A DNA stretch of 53,888 nt, from positions 1 through 53,888 of the IMG/VR virus record IMGVR_UViG_3300031578_000046. One strand, 5' to 3'. Both the position numbers and the translations under genes were made by a program. Under the pieces are notes generated by a model, which was not told the origin of the DNA, did no database searches, and was given only the letters and a program-made list of their open reading frames with translations. Shown piece after piece: positions 8,356 to 17,072 of the stretch (position 1 is the first letter of the stretch; every line of letters starts with the position of its first letter). Source of the DNA: a virus. Taxonomy: Duplodnaviria > Caudoviricetes.

Positions 8356-8607
8356 TTAGGCACAATGGTAAGTTGCACCTTTCTTCCATTCCTCCACACG
8401 CTTTTGTGCTGCCTCTAATGTTTTAAAGCTTTTACTAAATGGTTGTAGTATCGGCCAAGTTTGTATCACACCACCCCACGCATTTGTTCTGTACCAACTC
8501 CATTCTTTGCGTTTCCACCAAAGCATTCCTTTTTCTTCATATCCTCGTATTTGTATCTCAAATGCTCCGCAATATTCTCTAATTCTATATTCTACTTCTT
8601 TTTTCAT
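8356..8607 (-). CDS. Cassette gene, hypothetical
   Basis: Fills the cassette body, TAA at crossover. Confidence 0.6.
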   Translation of the reverse strand: MKKEVEYRIREYCGAFEIQIRGYEEKGMLWWKRKEWSWYRTNAWGGVIQTWPILQPFSKSFKTLEAAQKRVEEWKKGATYHCA

Positions 8608-8748
8608 AAACCACTGTGCCTAACAATAAATATAGCAAATAGCCAAGTTAGGCTTGTATTTGTCACTATTTGCATGTTTATAATCATTTTACTGTATTCA
8701 AAGTTTTGTGCTATTTATGGCTACTTGCCATATTATCAACATTAGCAA

Positions 8749-9000
8749 CTATAAATTGCCTTCAATAAATCTATCTACGTGTCTTTCTGGTATGTACAGG
8801 TGCATTTCCTCGTCCTCATTAATCCATTCACGAAAGGCAATTAACAGTTCCCTTCGGTTGCTAACAACGGGTATAGCAAATAATTTTACTATCTTTTCTG
8901 TGTAATTGTTAATACTTTCTTGTATTTCACCAATTGTATTATCTCTCTCGGTAATCTGATTCTCAAATTCAATTAATAATTTTTTTACTTCTTTTTTCAT
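8749..9000 (-). CDS. Cassette gene, hypothetical
   Basis: Starts in attC loop (FAIPVVSN). Confidence 0.6.
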   Translation of the reverse strand: MKKEVKKLLIEFENQITERDNTIGEIQESINNYTEKIVKLFAIPVVSNRRELLIAFREWINEDEEMHLYIPERHVDRFIEGNL

Positions 9001-9055
9001 AATATAGTTTTTTAGTGTTTCAAATCCGTAAAATTACATTGCCATACCCAAAACG

Positions 9056-9295
9056 TTATAAAACATTTGCCAACCGCACTATTGTTGTCAATTTAATTTC
9101 TTCTTTTTTCAGTGGACATTCATTTGGGATATTTCCGTCACGGCTATTCTCGTGTGTTATTATCATACACTTGTATGGGTCTTTAAGCTTTTCAAAATAT
9201 GGATGACCACATTTCATAGCATTTCCTGATGTCGTGTAGAATGGACATTCATTCCAACATCCTTTTACTTTTTTGGTTTTCTTTATAATTTCCAT
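9056..9295 (-). CDS. Cassette gene, Cys-rich hypothetical
   Basis: CWNECPF...CPLK; TAA at crossover. Confidence 0.6.
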   Translation of the reverse strand: MEIIKKTKKVKGCWNECPFYTTSGNAMKCGHPYFEKLKDPYKCMIITHENSRDGNIPNECPLKKEEIKLTTIVRLANVL

Positions 9296-9490
9296 CGTTA
9301 AAAACGTTTTATAACAACGTATAAAATTAATTGCTACGTTATTGGGTTATTTAATGTATTTACTTTTAATCAATTTTTAGTAGTTTGCGAAAGTCGTGCA
9401 TCTAACACGCAACTAATCTTATACCAACGTTATACACAAGCGTAAGAAAGTTTCGTTCATTTAATCAACACCTGTGCAACCTTGCCATAA

Positions 9491-9679
9491 TTATTTTTTG
9501 CCTTCGCTCTTACAATTTTTCAAATTGTTTAGGAATTGGTTTAATGGTTCTTCCCAATGTTTAGCAAGTTTTTGAGAGCCGTTAACAGCTTTTACTAAAG
9601 TAGTGTCGGGCATCTTTAATTGTCGTTCTATTCCTCTAAGGCTTAACGAGTCTTTATTTTTTCTTAGCCATTCTAACAT
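9491..9679 (-). CDS. Small HTH protein (cassette cargo)
   Basis: LSLRGIERQLKMPDTTLVKAVNG, Cro-like HTH. Confidence 0.6.
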   Translation of the reverse strand: MLEWLRKNKDSLSLRGIERQLKMPDTTLVKAVNGSQKLAKHWEEPLNQFLNNLKNCKSEGKK

Positions 9680-10050
9680 GAAGCTCCGCTTAAATAGTTA
9701 GCCATATTGCATGTATCAAATAATGATGCAGGTTTTTTAATCCTTTCATTATTTTCTTCTAATCCTTTTAGGATCCATTCTAATTTTTGAATGTCTTGTA
9801 TTTGCTCCATTATCGTAATTCTGCCTTTACTTTCTCCTTCGCTACCAGTTTTATGAACTAAACACACAACACCACCAACCGAAACATAAGCACCTATTAT
9901 TTCATATTGGATTAAATCATCTTCAATATAATCAACCCAACCGCAACTACAATAAGCGTTTGTTTTTATACTATTATTAATAATACGCTCAGCCTCATTA
10001 CACATTAGCTTGATAAGGGCTTGTTTTGCTTCTTTAATTTCAGTTTTCAT
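9673..10050 (-). CDS. Hypothetical protein (cassette cargo)
   Basis: ORF downstream of the promoter at 10078-10085. Confidence 0.6.
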   Translation of the reverse strand: MKTEIKEAKQALIKLMCNEAERIINNSIKTNAYCSCGWVDYIEDDLIQYEIIGAYVSVGGVVCLVHKTGSEGESKGRITIMEQIQDIQKLEWILKGLEENNERIKKPASLFDTCNMANYLSGASC

Positions 10051-10077
10051 AATCTTAGTTTTTCGTTAAACAATATC

Positions 10078-10085
10078 CAAATATA
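10078..10085 (-). promoter_or_regulatory. Bacteroidota -7 promoter element
   Basis: TATATTTG on minus strand matches TAnnTTTG, 28 bp upstream of ATG. Confidence 0.55.
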
Positions 10086-10280
10086 AGGGTAATATATTTA
10101 ATATCCTAATATAAAGGTAAAAAAAGAACCCCTCCCTAAAAAATAATTATTACTTCCGTGTTTCAAATGTAGGTAAGTGATTAAACGCCAGTGTATAACA
10201 ACGCATAAAAATAAAAGCCTTTGGAAGCTTATTATTTCAAATTAACGTTGTAGTGTCGGCTTCAATTCTTATGCAAACCG

Positions 10281-10496
10281 TTAGGTTTCATTTGCCACCG
10301 CCACACGGTTATCAGACTCCCACGCCTCAATTGCAAAATGCTGTGACCGTATGTAGTTTTCATGACTACGATAGCCACATTTAGAACATTCAAGCCTAAA
10401 AGCAACACCGTTAAACGAACTGCCATTGTCTCCACATTCTTTGTCTATTTCTGCTTCTCCTCCGCATTTTTTACATGGTATTTTTTCTGTACTCAT
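10281..10496 (-). CDS. Lar-like zinc-ribbon protein (cassette gene)
   Basis: PCKKCGGEA...CSKCG...AIEAWE pattern of Lar restriction-alleviation-like proteins. Confidence 0.55.
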   Translation of the reverse strand: MSTEKIPCKKCGGEAEIDKECGDNGSSFNGVAFRLECSKCGYRSHENYIRSQHFAIEAWESDNRVAVANET

Positions 10497-10670
10497 AATC
10501 TTGTTTTTACCCCACCGCACAAAACGAAAACCTAACAATTTATATATTGCAAATTTTTTAGTAATTGTAGGTGAGTGGTTATTAATTTATTTTATCTCTA
10601 ATTGTTAATTTATCTCATTCTGGTTGCAAAATTCGACAACATATAAGTTGCCGTTAGCAGCCATACAAGG

Positions 10671-10847
10671 CTACTTTTCATATCTTATTGCTCTGTCTTT
10701 CATTATGTGCCCACACTCAATGCATGGCTTTTCAAACCACACTTTACCATCATGCTTACATCCTTTACATACAGTTATTTCAACCTTAGTAGTACGGCTG
10801 CTAACAATATGTTTAGGTAATTGGGATTTTGTGTTATCTTGTTTCAT
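10671..10847 (-). CDS. 58-aa Cys-rich cassette gene (not in ORF track)
   Basis: MKQDNTKSQLPKHIVSS...CKGC...CIEC; starts in attC loop. Confidence 0.5.
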   Translation of the reverse strand: MKQDNTKSQLPKHIVSSRTTKVEITVCKGCKHDGKVWFEKPCIECGHIMKDRAIRYEK

Positions 10848-10930
10848 TGCATTTCAATTTTAAGTTTATCAATATTTGGTAGGGTAGTGCAAGTAATCCC
10901 AACTACCCAAACACTCAACATTAGGGCGAA

Positions 10931-11251
10931 TTAAGCCGACTTAATAAGTTTAAGGCTATCTTCACCAAAACCCGAAAAAGAATTGAAATTATAGCAGGTG
11001 TTTGCTTTTACAAATGCTTTCTGCCAAAGTTCCATCCCTTTGCTTCCAAGTACATATAATGGAGTTCCGTCACAATCTCTAACGCATCCAATTATATACA
11101 GTCTCATTCCTGCATATTCACAATCTTCATCCCAAGCTATAATTTCAACCAAGTCATCTACTTTATACTTGTGCTGTTTAGCGTTATTTTCTTCTCTATA
11201 AGTTTTCCCAGTTTTCGGGTTTTTAAGGTCTGCAATATTTATAAGTTCCAT
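10931..11251 (-). CDS. Cassette gene, hypothetical
   Basis: Fills the cassette body 10920-11275. Confidence 0.65.
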   Translation of the reverse strand: MELINIADLKNPKTGKTYREENNAKQHKYKVDDLVEIIAWDEDCEYAGMRLYIIGCVRDCDGTPLYVLGSKGMELWQKAFVKANTCYNFNSFSGFGEDSLKLIKSA

Positions 11252-11371
11252 ATCTAAAAATTAACTCGCCCTAACAATAAATAAACCCAATATGGCAGGG
11301 GCAAGGTTCTGCCATTGTTTAAAGTTCGGTAGGCTGCCAAACTGTGTTTATTAAAACCGTTGTGTGTAATA

Positions 11372-11665
11372 CTACTTACTAAGCTCAATTAAGCAATTCT
11401 TTAGTATTTCAAACGCATCCTCTTGCGCTGCTTCTGTTGTGGAAAATCCAGCCCCACGCTCACTCGGTTCATGCAAGCTTTCTTCTAACACTTGCAATGC
11501 TTTTTCGGCAGCATCTTCTATTGCGTTATCCACACGCTCACGCTCTTCAATTTCTTCCATAGCTATTCCATAACCTTCCCAGTTATCTACTCCAGCGCAT
11601 TCCAACGCACGCATTTTAGCTTCAATCAACTCTAATTCTTTTAATCTACTTTTTGAAATTTCCAT
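11372..11665 (-). CDS. Cassette gene, hypothetical phage protein
   Basis: ALECAGVDNWEGY motif familiar from small phage proteins. Confidence 0.65.
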   Translation of the reverse strand: MEISKSRLKELELIEAKMRALECAGVDNWEGYGIAMEEIEERERVDNAIEDAAEKALQVLEESLHEPSERGAGFSTTEAAQEDAFEILKNCLIELSK

Positions 11666-11797
11666 TTTATTTAAGTTTTGCGGCTTAAAGTACTACACAC
11701 AACAACGTATATAGTTAAAAAGCCATGTTAATATTCGTTCATTTAATCAGCGTTTGCAGTTGGCTTTCAAACCATATACCAACGTTAGCGGTAATTG

Positions 11798-12178
11798 CTA
11801 CACCACTATCGGCTCTTCGCAAAATGGACATTCGCCAATCTGTATTACTTTTGTTTTGTAGAAGCTCCACGCACTAGCCCTATCAATTTCACTTTCGGTT
11901 ATTGGTGTATACCAGTTTCCAGAAACTTCGCCTGTAATATCATAATATCGTCCATTGTATTTAGTTATTACGTGGTCTTTTTCTTTGCTTATAAAAGCCT
12001 CACTTTCTGGGAAGAATGTTTTTAGCAACAAGTGAAATTGATAACACGCACCATTCATATAAATCATTTCAATATACCTATCTGTTTGGCGAAGTGCGTT
12101 AATAAACCGCAACATACCGCTAACAATACCTATATTTAATTGGGCGTTTACTGCCTCTTCAAACTCTTTTGCTTCCAT
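11798..12178 (-). CDS. Cassette gene, hypothetical
   Basis: Starts in attC loop; GACYQF...HV...YYDITG. Confidence 0.65.
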   Translation of the reverse strand: MEAKEFEEAVNAQLNIGIVSGMLRFINALRQTDRYIEMIYMNGACYQFHLLLKTFFPESEAFISKEKDHVITKYNGRYYDITGEVSGNWYTPITESEIDRASAWSFYKTKVIQIGECPFCEEPIVV

Positions 12179-12251
12179 TTTGCTTTACTTTATATTGATA
12201 ATTTAGTGCTATTAATGCCCAACTAAACATAGCCGAGCCGTTAGCAAACAT

Positions 12252-12455
12252 TTATAAACCGAATCGTTCAGGTTTATAAATTTCGTGCTTCCAATCTTTT
12301 AAATGAGTTTCAGTACTCTTTTTAATTTTTGCGTGTGCAGGTATTTTTTGGTCAGTAAGCAAACATTCGAATATCAAGCCAGTAAATACCTTAGGAGCTG
12401 TATAGTCTTCTAACCAGTAAACTATTCCTATTTCTAAATTTTGTGTGTAGTGCAT
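12252..12455 (-). CDS. Cassette gene, hypothetical
   Basis: Fills the last cassette of array 1; start taken at MHYTQN. Confidence 0.5.
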   Translation of the reverse strand: MHYTQNLEIGIVYWLEDYTAPKVFTGLIFECLLTDQKIPAHAKIKKSTETHLKDWKHEIYKPERFGL

Positions 12456-12745
12456 AATAAAACGATTTGCTAACACAACCTATACACCATAAAGCGATAT
12501 AGTATTGTATTAAGATTAAACATTGTGCTCTTTTTGCTATGTCTATTTTTGGCATGAGTATTTTTTAATTTTTATTTATTAATAAGATATTATTTTTACC
12601 GGCTTCTTTACCTGCATAATAAAATTCTAAAAATTTAGTAAAAAATAACATATCAAATTCTTTTCGTGTAAATTTATTACTTATAGTTTCATAAACTTCG
12701 TCCATAAATTTAGTTATATCAAAACATTATTTTTCTTCAAAAAAA

Positions 12746-14134
12746 TTAAAACATGTCATTTTCGAATTCTTTATTTACTTCTAAATAATTATCAAATATT
12801 ACAATATCTTCAACATCCCATTTTGTAAGACTATTATCATTAACCTTTACTATTATATCATCTAACATTCCATTCCTATGTTTAGATATTATAATTTCGA
12901 CAATATTAACAAGCGAATTACCCTCATCATCTTGAAAAATTCCATATTTTTCAGGCCTATGTAAAAACATTACAATATCTGCATCTTGCTCAATAGCTCC
13001 TGATTCTCTTAAATCAGAAAGCTGAGGTCTTTTACTACTTCTGTTTTCAACACCTCTGTTCATTTGGCTTAATGCAATAATAGGTATATCTAATTCTTTT
13101 GCCAAAACCTTTAGCCCCCTGGATATACTTGATATTTCTTGTTCTCTACTTTTTTTATTTTGTTCATTCGAATTTGTCATTAATTGAATATAATCAATTA
13201 TTATCAATTGAATATCATATTTCATTTTTAATCTTCTTGCTTTAGCCCTTAATTCCATTAAAGATAATGCCGCCGTATCATCTAAATATATAGGCAAATC
13301 GACTATTTTGTTTAAATGATTATCCAATATTTCCCATTCTATATTACCATCTCTTAAATTAGTTGGTGTATATTCTGAATCAATACACATTAATCGCCCT
13401 GTTAATTGATTTGTTGACATCTCTAATGAAAATAAAGCAGTTGGCACATTTGAATTTTTAGCACAATTAAGCGCATAAGCAGTTTTTCCCATTGATGGCC
13501 GAGCTGCTATAATTATTAAATCAGTTTTTTGCCATCCTGAAATAATTCTATCCACCCTTGTTATACCAGAAGGAATACCAGTTAATTTATTTTTTTGCTT
13601 TTGTATTATTTCGATTTCTTTAATCTTATCTCTTATAGCTTCTTTTAAAATAACGGCATCTTTTTTAATATTAAAATCAGTCACTTGATATAATTCATTT
13701 TCAGAATAATCTATTAAATCTTCTAATTCAATTGATTCATCAAAGGCCATATTTTGTATGGCCGATGAAACCCTTATTAATTCCCTTTGTATAAATTTCT
13801 GATAAATAATTCTAGAATGAAACTCTATATTTGATGCAGAAGCAATACTATTAGTAAGTTGTATAATATAAAAAGGGCCACCAATTTGATCTAATTTGCC
13901 TGATAATCTTAATTGTTCTGTTATTGTTAATATATCAATAGGATTTGACTTTGTATTTAATTCTATTGCAGCTTTATATATTATTTGATGAGCTTCTTTA
14001 TAAAAGCTATCTGGTTTTAAAAAATCACATATTTCATAAATAGCATCTTGTTCTAACATTAAAGCTCCTAATACAGCTTCTTCCATATCCACAGCTTGCG
14101 GAGGTATTTTACCGTATTCAAAATAATTATTCAT
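12746..14134 (-). CDS. dnaB: Replicative DNA helicase
   Basis: PPQAVDMEEAVLGALM, AARPSMGKT, FSLEMS, IIIDYIQL, SDLRESGAIEQDAD, KHRNG. Confidence 0.97.
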   Translation of the reverse strand: MNNYFEYGKIPPQAVDMEEAVLGALMLEQDAIYEICDFLKPDSFYKEAHQIIYKAAIELNTKSNPIDILTITEQLRLSGKLDQIGGPFYIIQLTNSIASASNIEFHSRIIYQKFIQRELIRVSSAIQNMAFDESIELEDLIDYSENELYQVTDFNIKKDAVILKEAIRDKIKEIEIIQKQKNKLTGIPSGITRVDRIISGWQKTDLIIIAARPSMGKTAYALNCAKNSNVPTALFSLEMSTNQLTGRLMCIDSEYTPTNLRDGNIEWEILDNHLNKIVDLPIYLDDTAALSLMELRAKARRLKMKYDIQLIIIDYIQLMTNSNEQNKKSREQEISSISRGLKVLAKELDIPIIALSQMNRGVENRSSKRPQLSDLRESGAIEQDADIVMFLHRPEKYGIFQDDEGNSLVNIVEIIISKHRNGMLDDIIVKVNDNSLTKWDVEDIVIFDNYLEVNKEFENDMF

Positions 14135-14266
14135 TTTTGTCTTTTTATATATTCCATTAAACCAGGTAAGTTTTCTTCAATACCAAAAACTATAAATTTC
14201 ATTCTATCATTCATATTAATATGTTGTTTAGGTTTTTTAGTTTCAAAACCTTCTAATGATAATTGA

Positions 14267-14941
14267 TTATCTAATTGGTTTTTCATTTTGTAATTGTTTT
14301 CTTAAATTAATACCCGTTTTTATTTGTGTATTTATTTTATTTTCATCTTTAAACCAAACATTAATAGCTTTTTGTTTCCAATTTTTAACTGGCTTGTCAT
14401 TTGAATCTTTCCAGTCATTTATTGAATATGATTTAAACATTTTAATTGCAGTATCTTCTTTATATCCGTTTTCTTTAAAATATTGTTTAACATCATCTAA
14501 AATTGGAGGTATAAATATATTTACTTTCTTTTTCTTTACTTTACTTTCCTTTACTTTAATAGTATTACGTTTTATATTCGATTGTTTTACGTTCGTATTA
14601 CGTTCGTATTTTTCCCAACGTTTATTAATACTTTCACGTGCCTTTTCACTTTTCGCAGCCCTTAAATTCAATCTATCTATAACACTTTCTGACCAGAACT
14701 TTTTATCATCTTTTTTAAATAAATCAAAGTCAAATAATAGTGATTTTATAAGTTCGTTATTTGTTCGTAATTCGAATGAAATACGTTCGTATTCAGTAAA
14801 TAATAAATAGCCGCCTTCTTCATAAAGCATTTCAATTAAACACCAATAAAGCCCAATGCCCTCAAGTTTATGTTTCATTAAAACTTTAACAAGCTCTTTG
14901 TCATTTCTAGCGTAGTAATCGTGTGAAAAATAATCCTTCAT
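14267..14941 (-). CDS. Phage replication initiator (DUF4373-like N-terminus)
   Basis: YFSHDYYARND...GIGLYWCLIEMLY; C-terminal PPILDDVKQYF...W...PVKNWK; adjacent to dnaB. Confidence 0.75.
   Translation of the reverse strand: MKDYFSHDYYARNDKELVKVLMKHKLEGIGLYWCLIEMLYEEGGYLLFTEYERISFELRTNNELIKSLLFDFDLFKKDDKKFWSESVIDRLNLRAAKSEKARESINKRWEKYERNTNVKQSNIKRNTIKVKESKVKKKKVNIFIPPILDDVKQYFKENGYKEDTAIKMFKSYSINDWKDSNDKPVKNWKQKAINVWFKDENKINTQIKTGINLRKQLQNEKPIR
14588..14792. repeat. Iteron-like repeats within initiator gene
   Basis: TACGTTCGTAT at 14588, 14599 and 14782. Confidence 0.5.
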
Positions 14942-15069
14942 AATTCTTAATATATGAAGCAGTCACCCTGTTAGGAATACAGCTAACTCAGTAGAGGAAG
15001 TGCCAGGGCAACTGCATATTTTAATTGTGTGTGTGTTTTCATTAGACTAAATTAACTATATTCCTACAA

Positions 15070-15077
15070 CAAATATA
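15070..15077 (-). promoter_or_regulatory. Bacteroidota -7 promoter element for replication operon
   Basis: TATATTTG on minus strand. Confidence 0.55.
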
Positions 15078-15088
15078 CTAATTTATAA

Positions 15089-15436
15089 TTAAAAAATACT
15101 ATTCTTAATTAAGTTTTTAAAATGTTTTTTTATTAACCGTCCAGTTAATTTATAATAATTTTCACTGCAATGTACATATTCATACCGTTTTATAGTTGAT
15201 TTAGAATAACCAGTTAATTTTGACATTTCTTTTCTACTTAACTCCATTTTTTCACGCCTTAATTTCACTATATCCGATATGCAAATATCAAATGGATCAA
15301 TACATGAATCGCATATATCACATTTTTCGCCAACCCAACCTATTCTTAGATAGGATATGTGTAAACAAATAAAACATTTACTTTTAATTTTAGATGCATT
15401 AATTAAAAAAGATTCTTCGGTGCATATATGTCCCAT
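15089..15436 (-). CDS. XRE-type HTH protein with Cys-rich N-terminus
   Basis: RREKMELSRKEMSKLTGYSKSTIKRYE. Confidence 0.7.
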   Translation of the reverse strand: MGHICTEESFLINASKIKSKCFICLHISYLRIGWVGEKCDICDSCIDPFDICISDIVKLRREKMELSRKEMSKLTGYSKSTIKRYEYVHCSENYYKLTGRLIKKHFKNLIKNSIF

Positions 15437-15439
15437 AAT

Positions 15440-15643
15440 TTATTTTTTTATATTTTTATTAAATTCATATTGTGATTTATTAATTTTATTATCGGGTTTT
15501 TTTGTTAAAATAAAAGTTCTATCATTTATTTTAACTTTTCGGTATAATTTTTCTCTCTCTCTTTGTTTTGCTTGCAATTGAATAATTTTTTTTTTATGCT
15601 TAGTGATTTTTTCTAAATCTTGATTTTTATTTATTATTTCCAT
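15440..15643 (-). CDS. Hypothetical protein
   Basis: ORF in packed operon. Confidence 0.5.
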   Translation of the reverse strand: MEIINKNQDLEKITKHKKKIIQLQAKQREREKLYRKVKINDRTFILTKKPDNKINKSQYEFNKNIKK

Positions 15644-15650
15644 GATACAA

Positions 15651-15869
15651 TTATTTATTTTTTTGGTAACCTATTATTTTTTTAGGTTCAATTTCAACTC
15701 GAATTATATTTTTATATTTATTATTCCATTTTTTTTTAAAAAATTCAATTTCATTGGTGTTTAAAGAACCATATATATAATTTATATTTTTGTTATTGCC
15801 TGTGACAATGCAGAAGTGACAATAATAAATTACACCCTGTTTTAATTCGCCTTTATATATTAGGTTCAT
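15651..15869 (-). CDS. Hypothetical protein
   Basis: ORF in packed operon. Confidence 0.5.
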   Translation of the reverse strand: MNLIYKGELKQGVIYYCHFCIVTGNNKNINYIYGSLNTNEIEFFKKKWNNKYKNIIRVEIEPKKIIGYQKNK

Positions 15870-16296
15870 TTTTTATTAAATTTTCAATTTCCTTAATCAT
15901 TTTTCTATATTCTGTATTTGTTTCGCATAAATTATTAACAGTTTTACACGAATATAATACAGTTGCATGGTGTTTATTACCAATTTCACTCCCTATTTTT
16001 GCCAATGTTAATTTTGTTAAGTTTTTTGAAAAATAATGAGCAATTTGCCTGGCTTGAACAAATTCTCTTTTTCTATTTTCACAGTTTAAATGAAAGTCTA
16101 ATATATTAAAATAATCGCAAATAACCTTTATAATATAATAAATATCTATATATTTTTTTCCAATTACTTTTAAAATTGCTTTACGACAATTCCATTTATG
16201 TTTAATTTTATTAATATTTTTTGAATTAATTTTATTAAGTTCGTTTGCTATTAAATTTATTTCATCAATTGAATAATAATTTAGAGTTTTTTTCAT
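15853..16296 (-). CDS. DnaA C-terminal HTH domain protein
   Basis: RKREFVQARQIAHYF...LTLAKIGSEIGNKHHATVLYSCKTV. Confidence 0.85.
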   Translation of the reverse strand: MKKTLNYYSIDEINLIANELNKINSKNINKIKHKWNCRKAILKVIGKKYIDIYYIIKVICDYFNILDFHLNCENRKREFVQARQIAHYFSKNLTKLTLAKIGSEIGNKHHATVLYSCKTVNNLCETNTEYRKMIKEIENLIKNEPNI

Positions 16297-16562
16297 TTTA
16301 CATTTATTTTTATCCATCTATTTAATATAGCATTTGCAGTATTTATATTGAATTTATACCGGCAATATAATCGTTCAATATAATTGTCAAAGTTAGGACA
16401 GCCGATAAGATTTTCATTAACTTTAATTTCAGATATAACACCTTTAATCCAAGCTTCTTTACGGTAGATTTCTAATTCTTTTTTATTCATTTTATTAGCT
16501 GCTATGCAAACGTAAATGAATAAAATTAGAATTGTTATGAAAATTATTGATAGTGTTTTCAT
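16293..16562 (-). CDS. Hypothetical membrane protein
   Basis: N-terminal TM helix. Confidence 0.55.
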   Translation of the reverse strand: MKTLSIIFITILILFIYVCIAANKMNKKELEIYRKEAWIKGVISEIKVNENLIGCPNFDNYIERLYCRYKFNINTANAILNRWIKINVK

Positions 16563-16987
16563 AAATTATAGTTTTTAAGGAATTTATTATAATAATTATC
16601 TGTTTTGTGTTTAGGTAAAAATCCACCACACCAAAACCGGGCTACTTTTTCAGGATTATATTCCGAGTTCCAATAATCGTTAATAATATAAAACATTTCA
16701 ATAGATTTGGAAAAGTTAAATCTATCATCATAAGAATAGTTAAATCCAGAAATACGATTAGCCTCATCAACAGCAATTTTAAACATTTGTAATATTCCAG
16801 AAGCTTTAGATCGTTTATTTATTGCCTTTTCATTAAAGTTTGATTCGATTTTCATTATAGTAAAAAGACATTTTTCTTTTCTTAAAACAAGCTCCTTAAA
16901 TTCTTTAAAAATATCAAAGTTTAATTCTTTGTTTTTTAGTGGAAGAAAAATAAACGTTATAAGTATAATTATAATCATTTTTTTCAT
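16559..16987 (-). CDS. Lytic transglycosylase (SLT-like) with N-terminal hydrophobic segment
   Basis: IMKIESNFNEKAIN...ASGILQM motif. Confidence 0.75.
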   Translation of the reverse strand: MKKMIIIILITFIFLPLKNKELNFDIFKEFKELVLRKEKCLFTIMKIESNFNEKAINKRSKASGILQMFKIAVDEANRISGFNYSYDDRFNFSKSIEMFYIINDYWNSEYNPEKVARFWCGGFLPKHKTDNYYNKFLKNYNL

Positions 16988-17038
16988 TAATATTAATTTG
17001 GTTAATATTTAAGACAATAGATTTTCTATTGAATATTG

Positions 17039-17072
17039 GTTTAAAATTTTGAACTAACTTTATTCAATTGTT
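17039..17072 (+). other. attI-like array entry site, copy 2
   Basis: GTTTAAAATTTTGAACTAACTTTATTCAATT-GTT. Confidence 0.7.

Larger units (their letters stand above)
5021..12474 (+). mobile_element. Integron-like cassette array 1 (17 cassettes, 16 complete attC-like sites)
   Basis: attC-like sites at 5234-5364, 5707-5835, 5851-6499, 7223-7276, 7513-7608, 7695-7981, 8137-8361, 8618-8747, 8859-9061, 9309-9435, 10193-10286, 10530-10659, 10799-10926, 11269-11365, 11697-11790, 12118-12246; each cassette start complements its own AAC end. Confidence 0.85.

Noticed and set aside
5021-12474. CRISPR array interpretation of the periodic repeats
   Set aside because: Repeats are variable-length imperfect palindromes separated by gene-sized segments, not identical 25-45 bp repeats with uniform spacers; no cas genes.
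15853-16296. Host dnaA / bacterial chromosome fragment
   Set aside because: Only the C-terminal HTH domain is present, without the AAA+ domain, inside a phage operon.
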